From an uncultured virus (IMG/VR IMGVR_UViG_3300048065_001102) (lineage: Duplodnaviria; Heunggongvirae; Uroviricota; Caudoviricetes): a stretch of 58,428 nt of DNA. Made by a program: the position numbers and the translations under genes. Below, piece by piece: positions 10,701 to 18,605 of the stretch. Each line of letters starts with the position of its first letter. Within the stretch, counting starts at the first letter, position 1. The notes under the pieces were generated by a model. The model was not told the DNA's origin. It made no database searches and saw only the letters and a list, made by a program, of their open reading frames with translations. Location of the stretch: IMG/VR virus record IMGVR_UViG_3300048065_001102, one strand, 5' to 3'.

Positions 10701-13700
10701 TATCTTGAGAACCCATCTAAATCAATCATGTATCGTTTATATGATCCATCTACATCTTTACGATAGATTGCCACATTATTTGCATATCCGTATCCGTCTA
10801 ATAAAACGACAGAGCAGTCTTGATTTACAGAAAGTCTCCTAATTACATAAGCAATACCTTGGCCGGCTGTATCCATATCAAACGAAATATCTTGTTTTTT
10901 ATTAAATGATATCGAACCATCTGATAGAATTTCATAGATTTCCAGTTTACCACCACTAAATGAATTACCTCCATAAGTAACTGCTATATTTTTACCATCG
11001 TGAGATATAGAAGCAAGAAGATCATATGGATCACTTGTAAACGTCAGTGGAAGAATATACATTGGATATTCTCCGTTACCACCGTGAATATAAACTTTTA
11101 CATTATTTTCACCAAGGTCAGTAACCGCAAATATTTCTCCAGTTTCACAAATATCAATTCGCATACCTAGTGAATCGTGTGGAGTAATTACATCACTAAT
11201 ATTAATTTCATATTTTAGTTCCCATTCAGATCCTGTGTATGTATAAATTGAAACTTTTTTGTCTTCTAAATTTGGTACAATTAATTCTGTTCCGTTTTTA
11301 GTAAGTTTACATCCAACCCCCCAATCTTTACTCAAACTTGTAAAAATTATTTCATTTCCAAGTTTTACCCATGTTTCTGTATCACCTTCGTTTTGAATTT
11401 CATAAACTTGAATATAAGGTGGTTCACGGTCATCACCTTCTGCATATCCAGAACTATTATTGTTTCCAAGTATCGCAACACGATTTCCATCTAAACTCAT
11501 AGTTACACTTGCACCAAATGCATCATATTCAGAAAATCCATCTAAATCTTGACCAAGTTGTTCCCAGTTTAATAATATGTCAAATTTTTCTACATAGAAA
11601 AAAGTCCCTCCTTGAAATCCAACCAAGTCACTTCTTGAATATCCCTCTATAACAATATCCTTTCCTACATATTCAATTAATTCGGACTGAATATTAACAG
11701 GTATATACTTTGTTCCACCTTCTGTGCTTGGAAGTTCTATTGCGTAATACCCACCCTCTATTTCCTCGTATATTATTCTACCAGTAAATGTCTCAGGAAC
11801 TCTTACATCGGAATTTGACTCTTCAAAGTCAGAAGTTAGTTGTTCAAAATTAAGTCCGATACCTTTACTTGGAGTGGGTGTCGGTATTGGAGTAGGTGTC
11901 GGAGTAGGAGTAATATCAATAGGTGTTGGTGTTGGACTTACATCACCACCATCTATTTCATAATCATGAATATACAAATATGTTCCATGCATATGAATTC
12001 CAATCATATCATCACGAACAAATGAAGTTCTAACAATTATTTCTTTTCCTTCATTTCCAATTAAAGCATTCTGTATATTAATTGGTATATATTTCTCACC
12101 ACCTTCTGTTGAAGGTAACTCGATTGTGTAAAAACCACCTTCTAAATCAACTTTTACAATTGTACCAGTAAATGATTTAGGAACACGATTTTCTTGCGGA
12201 GTTGCCTCGAACTCTGTTGTTAAAGATGAAAAATCAATTGATGAACATTTTGTTGGAACATACCACGAACCTGCGTGTTCACCATCAAACCCCCACGTTG
12301 GTTGAGAATAATAATAGTCACCAAACGCCTCTGGTTCATCCCATTCTGTCAATCCAATATCACCATCACCCCAATCTGCATATATAGGATTTTTGATTTC
12401 AGGACAAACGGTACTACGGTTCCATCTATATGACCTACTTCTTACTTCTGCCGTATTGGTTAGGTCGGTGATCTTGCTATAACCTACGTATTTATCGAAG
12501 TGGCCTAAAATCCAAGCACCATTGAAATTATGTAAAGATGCGTGTTTTTCTCCATCATCGGAAACAAATCCCCACATACCGTATCCATTTTCATCATCAC
12601 CAATATAAGGTAAAATCATATCCTCTGCATCATGTTTACTTTCAATAATTATAGAATTGTTAATACAAGCATTTGTATCTTTTACAATGACAGGCCAATT
12701 TGAATTGGTAAGCAATGCACTATTATCTGGATCAGAATTGTCACCCGAGAAAATAAATAAATGAACTGGTTGTTTTGTTGTTGCATTTTGATAATCAAAA
12801 GGAATGCCAATGTCATTAGGTACAAAAGTAATATCACATGAATTTAATAATGCAAGTTGACGATATTTAACTTGATTTCCGTTTATGTCAATAGTTTCAG
12901 TGTTACCCAATTCAAATGTTAATCCATCATATGAAATATCCGTTCCATAATTTACTTCATGTATTGGATCAACGGCTGCATCTGGCCATACAGAGTTATT
13001 TAAATCGTAAATATCTGCCGATGCAGTAAATCCATATAATGTTGACCAATTTGTATGTGTGTTTCTATTTTCAAAACTTTCGTTTGTTGGTTTTAGTAAT
13101 CCTTTTACTTGTAAAACTTCAAGTCCATCTATTTCTTTCCAACGAAATTCAAGTTGCGGTTGAATGACTGCAACAGGTGTTGGAGTTGGAGTCGGTGTTG
13201 GAGTGGGTGACGGTGTTACAATAACATCATTTATTGTATATTCTACCAAAAACGCAAGTTCACCATATCCATAAAAACTTACTCTATCTGTTTCTGTATA
13301 TGCAACTGTTGCAGTAAGAATCTTTCCGACATTTTGTGATAATTCATCCTGATTATTAACAGGTATATAGTTGACTCCACCATTCGTAGATGGAATTTGT
13401 ATTCCGTAAAACCCACCTTCTAACTCAACATATTCTATTGTACCAGAAAATTGAACTGGTTCTCTAACTTCTTCTTCTAATTGCTCAAAGTGTATAGTTA
13501 GTTGGTTAAAATCAATTCCAGTACCTCCACCTAGCAATGTAAAAATATTATCAGAAGTTGTACTCTCCAAGCGACCCTCAAAGCAATCACCATTGGATAG
13601 ATTGATTCTAAACAAATTATTTGAATTATCTAATACATCCACACTAACACCAATAGTTCCTTCTAAATTATGTGTGCTAGATTGTAATTTGACATTAAAT

Positions 13701-16324
13701 GTTTGTGGTTGGCCACTTGTTGTAAACTCGTTCCAACAAAACTTTGCATCCTGATTTGCCAATATAGTAACCGGTGCTTTATCTGCAAACCACACATCAC
13801 CTGCCTTTTCTAATTCAACGGATTGAGAAAATCCCTCGCAACACTCTGTAATTGGAGATGGTGTTGGGGTAGGTGTTGGAGTTGGTGTAACTTCAGAAAC
13901 TAATCTAGCAACAACCGGCCAACTTGAATTGGTAAGTAACGCACTATTTTCTGGGTCATCATTATCACCACCAAATATATAAAGATATGCAGGTTGTGAC
14001 ACCGATACATTTGGTAGAAATTCAACATCACTATCTGATAAATGAACTAATATTTGAGTATATTTTACCATTTGATGCTCTTCTGTCTCAACATCACCAA
14101 ATGTAAATTTTAAACCATCAAATTCATCTTCCATTCCGTATCGCAGTTCATAATCAGGATTTACAGCTGCATCTGGCCACATTCCGTGACCAAGGCCATA
14201 AAATTCTGGATCAGCTGTAAACGCATAAACCGTAGACCATGTTTCTTGTGTATTTCTTTGTCCTTTAAATGTGTCAGGATTTGTAGGTGGTATCATTCCA
14301 CGCATTTGTAGAACTTCGTATGTTTTATTTTCGTGCTGAAATTCTTTCCAACGGTACTCTAGTTTCTGCGAATAATTTGGAAGACCTTTTCTTTTGTATA
14401 CACAAACTTTTCCTTTATCATCAAATAATGAATCAGATACTAATAATAAATCACCTGATGGTGATACTTTTGAATTAAAATTAGAACTTTGCGTACTTGA
14501 CCCAAAATCTATTCCTAACTCAGTATGTTGTTGTGTATACTTATGTTCATATGCATTTGTATCTTCATTATATTCATATGTAACTGCTGTTGGTGTGGTC
14601 AAACTAGTACTTTTTACTAATATAATTTTTCCATTATTAGTTATGCTAGAAGCTGTAAAACCTGCATTATTAATTTCCGGTAAAATTAATGAAGAATGAA
14701 ATTCATATGAATCATTACTTCTCTTATATACCGCAACATACCCGTTATTGTTATTTCCTACATTATCGGTTATAACAAGTGTATCTAAATTAGGTGTAAC
14801 TTCAAAATGACCCCATCGTGTTGGACTTAATCCAGCAGGTGGACTTATAAATTGTTTTAGTGTCCATGTATCAGAAATTCTCTCGAATATATGTGTTCCT
14901 TGTGAGCCGTATATTTGTGAAGCAAATAACATTGAACCCGATGGTGACATATGAAGTGCATGACCAAGATGAAGTGTTCCCACGACATCGTTTTCCTCTT
15001 TTTCCCAAAGTTGTGTTTCTGCATCATAATTGTATGTATAAAGCACTCCTTTGTTAGAATGACCACTTGATGTAGGTGGGTCGTAAACTGAACTTACTAC
15101 AATTTGATTTCCATCGTTACGAATTGCTCGTCCACTTCCTAAATGACTTCCCATGCTACCGCTACTCGGTGGATTTGAAGTCATTGCTCTTACTCCGTGC
15201 AATGTATTTCCTTTTTTAACAAATTGGTCATTTATATTTTCATAAACATAAACTGATCCTGTTCCATCAGCTGCATCACCTAACCAAGAATTTACAATTA
15301 AAAATTTAGAATTTTCACTAAAATTTACACCAAGTGTTAAAGAATTTGCCGGATGTTCAATTATTTGAAATTCCTGTAAGGTATCACCTTTTCTTTCTAA
15401 TATTCTTACAAGTGAATGCTTGTGATTATTAATTGCTACAAAACGACCACTATTACAAAATTCTACATTCTGGCCAAATCCACGGTTATACGCTGCAGGT
15501 GATACACTTATTGCGTCATCTGTTCCCTCTACACATTGTCCTGTAAACTCGTAAAACTCATTAGGCATAATTGGTGTTGGAGTTGACATAGGAGTGGGTG
15601 TCGGAATTGGTGTTGGTGTTGGTTCTTGTTCACAACCTTGACCATCGGTCAATCTATATACGTCATCTGTTGCTAAATTCGCGAAAGTAAAATTTGGAAT
15701 ATCAAGAAAACCATCTCCTGCCTTCATTATGATTCTGTATGGTTTTCCACATTCTAATCTTTTTAATGGACTAGCCGCAATAAATTGAGGAATTGTCGTA
15801 TCCCCACGATACGCAACTGTACCTTGTAAATTATTTGTTATGCCATAAACACTTTGAATATTATTAAATTTATGAGATGCAAGTACATCTTCCACGGAAG
15901 TTTCTATTAAATCTACACGATAATCATCAGTACCAACACTCACCACGGTTCCCATGAAACATTTATTTCCACACTCTTGTTCATGACAGCTATAATAAAT
16001 AGTTGAATTTACATCGGATGGTAACCTATTAATTAAATTTATCTGAGCAACTTGATTATTATCTATAAATAAACGCAAAGGTGCTGGCATTGGATTTGCT
16101 TCGGTATAATCCGATACTACCACTCCAATGTCTGCATTTTGTGTGAAAATTATTGTCCCAAAATTATCTATTACCTTATCTGTACTTGAATATGTTATTG
16201 TTTGATGTGAGTTTGGTATACACGCACCTCCCATATTTATAAGTTCAAATGGTTCACACTCACCACATTTACCATACCATCCCTCGTAAAAAAGGGGAAA
16301 ATCTTTATTTTGATCCAATCTCAT
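7754..16324 (-). CDS. Giant (2856 aa) modular adhesin/fibre-like protein with PT linkers, repeated modules and two beta-propeller-like regions
   Basis: N-terminal WYG/LECG domain, five PT linkers, four EGG(F/Y)Y modules, two LE(Y/F)RWKE modules, and two regions of FG-GAP-like repeats (FG.SV.MS.DG..V..., G.V.VY). Confidence 0.85.
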   Translation of the reverse strand: MRLDQNKDFPLFYEGWYGKCGECEPFELINMGGACIPNSHQTITYSSTDKVIDNFGTIIFTQNADIGVVVSDYTEANPMPAPLRLFIDNNQVAQINLINRLPSDVNSTIYYSCHEQECGNKCFMGTVVSVGTDDYRVDLIETSVEDVLASHKFNNIQSVYGITNNLQGTVAYRGDTTIPQFIAASPLKRLECGKPYRIIMKAGDGFLDIPNFTFANLATDDVYRLTDGQGCEQEPTPTPIPTPTPMSTPTPIMPNEFYEFTGQCVEGTDDAISVSPAAYNRGFGQNVEFCNSGRFVAINNHKHSLVRILERKGDTLQEFQIIEHPANSLTLGVNFSENSKFLIVNSWLGDAADGTGSVYVYENINDQFVKKGNTLHGVRAMTSNPPSSGSMGSHLGSGRAIRNDGNQIVVSSVYDPPTSSGHSNKGVLYTYNYDAETQLWEKEENDVVGTLHLGHALHMSPSGSMLFASQIYGSQGTHIFERISDTWTLKQFISPPAGLSPTRWGHFEVTPNLDTLVITDNVGNNNNGYVAVYKRSNDSYEFHSSLILPEINNAGFTASSITNNGKIILVKSTSLTTPTAVTYEYNEDTNAYEHKYTQQHTELGIDFGSSTQSSNFNSKVSPSGDLLLVSDSLFDDKGKVCVYKRKGLPNYSQKLEYRWKEFQHENKTYEVLQMRGMIPPTNPDTFKGQRNTQETWSTVYAFTADPEFYGLGHGMWPDAAVNPDYELRYGMEDEFDGLKFTFGDVETEEHQMVKYTQILVHLSDSDVEFLPNVSVSQPAYLYIFGGDNDDPENSALLTNSSWPVVARLVSEVTPTPTPTPTPSPITECCEGFSQSVELEKAGDVWFADKAPVTILANQDAKFCWNEFTTSGQPQTFNVKLQSSTHNLEGTIGVSVDVLDNSNNLFRINLSNGDCFEGRLESTTSDNIFTLLGGGTGIDFNQLTIHFEQLEEEVREPVQFSGTIEYVELEGGFYGIQIPSTNGGVNYIPVNNQDELSQNVGKILTATVAYTETDRVSFYGYGELAFLVEYTINDVIVTPSPTPTPTPTPTPVAVIQPQLEFRWKEIDGLEVLQVKGLLKPTNESFENRNTHTNWSTLYGFTASADIYDLNNSVWPDAAVDPIHEVNYGTDISYDGLTFELGNTETIDINGNQVKYRQLALLNSCDITFVPNDIGIPFDYQNATTKQPVHLFIFSGDNSDPDNSALLTNSNWPVIVKDTNACINNSIIIESKHDAEDMILPYIGDDENGYGMWGFVSDDGEKHASLHNFNGAWILGHFDKYVGYSKITDLTNTAEVRSRSYRWNRSTVCPEIKNPIYADWGDGDIGLTEWDEPEAFGDYYYSQPTWGFDGEHAGSWYVPTKCSSIDFSSLTTEFEATPQENRVPKSFTGTIVKVDLEGGFYTIELPSTEGGEKYIPINIQNALIGNEGKEIIVRTSFVRDDMIGIHMHGTYLYIHDYEIDGGDVSPTPTPIDITPTPTPTPIPTPTPSKGIGLNFEQLTSDFEESNSDVRVPETFTGRIIYEEIEGGYYAIELPSTEGGTKYIPVNIQSELIEYVGKDIVIEGYSRSDLVGFQGGTFFYVEKFDILLNWEQLGQDLDGFSEYDAFGASVTMSLDGNRVAILGNNNSSGYAEGDDREPPYIQVYEIQNEGDTETWVKLGNEIIFTSLSKDWGVGCKLTKNGTELIVPNLEDKKVSIYTYTGSEWELKYEINISDVITPHDSLGMRIDICETGEIFAVTDLGENNVKVYIHGGNGEYPMYILPLTFTSDPYDLLASISHDGKNIAVTYGGNSFSGGKLEIYEILSDGSISFNKKQDISFDMDTAGQGIAYVIRRLSVNQDCSVVLLDGYGYANNVAIYRKDVDGSYKRYMIDLDGFSRYSTDYSKLNYHGDRFVILGSSVPKMVKIYEYQNDNYVQIGNDIERESDEGGYEYGQQLDINKDGNRVIVADATNAGGIANADANYSYAGSVRVFQREKNKDIIVPTPKPTPTPDAIVIPFEQLTTEFEQAPEEVKVPESFRGQIVKVVEEGGFYGIELPMTDNAKRYVPINVQDELVNQEGKEILVRTAFSRNDLTGIQQWGTYVYLQDFEIIDGEISPVEFRWYDPDLDEVIDDITILSTDIPTEEVEAYLQIKNNKKPPHSNWADYDSKSEWRTIYFDNDKVGLYDTELDPFDGEGGLDGSDYPNVTVDENYPYKKSFKFMDMDIKITPRTGRGYATIEIDGKPIVLSKEDNMRKGKSVSFRNTRMQHEPIRKSNDLNSYILINSFKVSPISDDIFTGMSMTRSAELNFQIDLDVKLKGDATAWKYSIDNENLIASPNVGFPLESIHQKTENTITIDVSFIDFLSKNGLDISDIENWDQNKWSGYFWSWMLARWTLYINPLKSNGDDTFEPTGARKRLVFTTLRRDSHDDYNPPLECNEPSDICIFEKTAETPFDSKYEVIEGSAEPKLLNTNNESVKIEMKSNVRMWIDPSVFTESVVDWNSIYSGIERNTMGKHGLDFVTNDLPYVVVYDKFTLYLGKRPLHTEYLYVEENNRLFKYKISGSMFGYKPTPEVDTASLLNTIQVQGGTRHNWKPYIPTPMVDYYDRNDKYDISFRKPEIVGNTMVLGIAGTWKLSDENYFNYDTSTGVIHSEGYAKDNNFKLKLIKQENAFSKDVVEFKYDRGLARTYLLDSDDEFTKNNYEFIGKYLIVIHDIDDKKRKLKFCWDNEFNGSMRIIVNDVGIDANLEITNGRDYIVRAVTKPCEEVIDTGAGIEIKSIEKISDEWPSKNVKVTVDFIENPDHWHYRVDGRKMEMVMGGEKELLIGVKPASFHKIVVWPVDADHNKVGPVRSKTFWIPPAFRIQPRQTEQNTDIFRLYDL

Positions 16325-16325
16325 A

Positions 16326-17423
16326 TTATAGTTTCCTCATATAATTAGGTGTACTTCCATCTCCGTTTTCAAGTGTAAATTCATAACAAATTTCGTTTTC
16401 TTTATACCTACAAACATTATTCACAATCACAAATTCTGTATTTATTTGACCAAGTATATTAAATTCATTTGAGTCAATTATTACATATACCATACCAGAC
16501 TTACCCTGAGTAGTATTTAAATCATCAAAACACAATTCCCCACCTGCATTGAAACCTGTTACCGAAAAACCTGGATCTGTGTATGCTTTCGTACCCGTAG
16601 CAATGTCATTTGTTATCATAACTTGCTTATCATATCCTTTACAACACTCAAGTGGAGTTGGTGTTGGTGTCGGAGTTGGTGTGGGGGTTGGTGTAGGGGT
16701 TGGTGTAGGGGTTGGTGTAGGGGTTGGTGTAGGGGTTGGTGTCGGAGTTGGAGTGGGTGTAGGTGTTGCACCAACAAGACGTAACTCGTTATAATCAGGT
16801 AATTCTTTTTCAAGATATGTTTCCCAACATTGTCCTAAACTATCTGTGTATCTAATATAATTATTTTCAATTTTAAATTCAGTTCCAATTGTTCCATAGA
16901 TTGTAAAATCTTTGTTAGCCACTTGCCACACACGACCTTCATCGGAAATTTTATTGTTTAAGTCGTACCAGCATACTTTTCCACCTTCAACAAAGGTTGT
17001 TATACTAAATCCATTTTTAGCAAATGTATCACCAGATGCTACTTCACTAGTTACAACAAATGTATTATCAAAATCATTACAACATTCATCGTTCTCAATG
17101 CACTCTGTACTTACTCTCCCTGTAGATTTTGATGATATTGTGGTTTGAACAAAATGTTCTACATCAATCTCACCAACACCAGGTTTTAATACAATCGTAT
17201 ATGCTTTTCCACATTCCAATTCCGTGAATGGTTGCATACCAACGTCAACCGTTCCATCAAAAGCATTATAGTTGTCTTGTAAATCTTTTACTTGAAATAC
17301 TTTAAATATTTTGTCATATACATTAGATTGTATAAGTGAAAAATTAGAACAAGGTTTATCACATAAACCATACCAACCCATGTAGATTGAAAATGAACTC
17401 TGTTTTTGTTGAAGAATTGCCAT
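16326..17423 (-). CDS. Modular protein: WYG/LECG domain plus two Cys ('ECC') modules separated by a (TP)19 linker
   Basis: YMGWYGLC...[19 protein letters not shown]... and ECCKGYD... repeats; TATTTAT 5 nt upstream. Confidence 0.88.
   Translation of the reverse strand: MAILQQKQSSFSIYMGWYGLCDKPCSNFSLIQSNVYDKIFKVFQVKDLQDNYNAFDGTVDVGMQPFTELECGKAYTIVLKPGVGEIDVEHFVQTTISSKSTGRVSTECIENDECCNDFDNTFVVTSEVASGDTFAKNGFSITTFVEGGKVCWYDLNNKISDEGRVWQVANKDFTIYGTIGTEFKIENNYIRYTDSLGQCWETYLEKELPDYNELRLVGATPTPTPTPTPTPTPTPTPTPTPTPTPTPTPTPTPTPTPLECCKGYDKQVMITNDIATGTKAYTDPGFSVTGFNAGGELCFDDLNTTQGKSGMVYVIIDSNEFNILGQINTEFVIVNNVCRYKENEICYEFTLENGDGSTPNYMRKL
16653..16766 (-). repeat. Coding low-complexity repeat encoding (Thr-Pro)19, with tandem 12-mers ggttggtgtagg
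   Basis: Visible directly in the sequence: 114 nt = 38 codons. Confidence 0.95.
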
Positions 17424-17435
17424 AGCATATAAATA

Positions 17436-17975
17436 TTAAATCTTTGTTAAAATGTTAAAACCTGTTTCTGTGTTTATGTTGCCCTCATAACACTCACCGT
17501 CTTTTGATTCATATACAACCCGTGACTCTGACAATTCACCAATTGTAGTTATATATCCAGAAATAGAACCATCTCCGGTTTTTAAATTATATCGTGTAGG
17601 TTCTCCTGTTATTTCAAGGGAATTAAAGCATAATTTTCCACCAGGTTCAAATAAAAATACACTTACTCCACTTACATCGATTTGTTCATCAAATGTTCCG
17701 TTTGTAGTTGCTTCGTTGGTTAATCCGAAACAACAACCAACAATTTCACAATCAGACGGATTACACTCACCTGTTAAGACGCACCATGATTTTTCAAGAT
17801 CTTCACGTGTCACTTCGGTGAAATTTGAAACTCTTCTTATATTAAGTAAATTTTTTTGTTGTTCTGTTAAATCAGAAATTTGTACTATATTCTTGAATAG
17901 GTCATAGTACAAAAAAACATCTGCTAAATTTATTCCTGAACCAGGATTGACTAAATCACCGTATTTGGTTTCCAT
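17436..17975 (-). CDS. Dockerin-like N-terminal domain plus Cys ('CC') module
   Basis: KYGDLVNPGSGINLADVF...LTEQQKNLLNIRR...EVTREDL resembles the dockerin double repeat; the C-terminal GCCFG...GGKLC...G.CYEG module is shared with neighbouring genes. Confidence 0.7.
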   Translation of the reverse strand: METKYGDLVNPGSGINLADVFLYYDLFKNIVQISDLTEQQKNLLNIRRVSNFTEVTREDLEKSWCVLTGECNPSDCEIVGCCFGLTNEATTNGTFDEQIDVSGVSVFLFEPGGKLCFNSLEITGEPTRYNLKTGDGSISGYITTIGELSESRVVYESKDGECYEGNINTETGFNILTKI

Positions 17976-18032
17976 ACATTATAAATAATAGAAACCATTA
18001 AAAAAAAGTTAATATATTTACTATATTATTTG

Positions 18033-18581
18033 TTATAGACCCAAATCTTTAAGTTGAGAAATTGTAGAGTTTGCGGTTCTGTGTAAAATTCCAATACCAC
18101 CGGAAGAATTCCAATCGTTAATATTTGATTTTAGATCGTCAATTAAAATACTATTCTTATTTGCAAATTCTTTTTTCTTTTCTTTTGATCTAAAGTGAAT
18201 TTTAGGAGAACCTAATCTAGAAATCCACATTTTTTTCCCTTTCATGCAATCTTTTAATACACGTTTACTTGGAGCACTTAATATTTCTGTATCAAAATTT
18301 GATATATAACTCCATAATTTTTTTCCACCAGGATGCCAACTCATATCAGACCAAAATTTAATTCCGCCGTGTTCAACTACACTCCAAAATGCTTCACTGC
18401 CGTGTTGTTTTTCGTAACGAGCAGCTGCATTGTTAGGAACATCGTCTCGTTCACTAATTTCCGATTCACCCAATTGTTTTGCCAAACGAATAAAATCTCC
18501 ACTGAAATCCGTGAGAACTCCATCCATATCACAATAAATTTTATATGTTACCTGCTCTGATAATAAACTTTTAAGTTTCAT
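18033..18581 (-). CDS. HAD-superfamily 5'(3')-deoxyribonucleotidase-like protein
   Basis: IYCDMDGVLTDF, ILSAP, GKKMW, ILIDD...W...GGIGILH. Confidence 0.88.
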   Translation of the reverse strand: MKLKSLLSEQVTYKIYCDMDGVLTDFSGDFIRLAKQLGESEISERDDVPNNAAARYEKQHGSEAFWSVVEHGGIKFWSDMSWHPGGKKLWSYISNFDTEILSAPSKRVLKDCMKGKKMWISRLGSPKIHFRSKEKKKEFANKNSILIDDLKSNINDWNSSGGIGILHRTANSTISQLKDLGL

Positions 18582-18605
18582 ATACGATAAATATATATGA
18601 TTTAC

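Noticed and set aside
16653..16766. Tandem GGTGT(A/T)GG repeats as a CRISPR array or telomere-like repeat (also 151-180 and 45361-45430)
   Set aside because: There are no unique spacers; variation falls at wobble positions of in-frame Thr-Pro codons on the minus strand.
7754..17975. Diversity-generating retroelement acting on the repeated modules
   Set aside because: There is no reverse transcriptase in the window. The repeats are diverged at the protein level, and I saw no near-identical TR/VR pair with adenine-specific differences.
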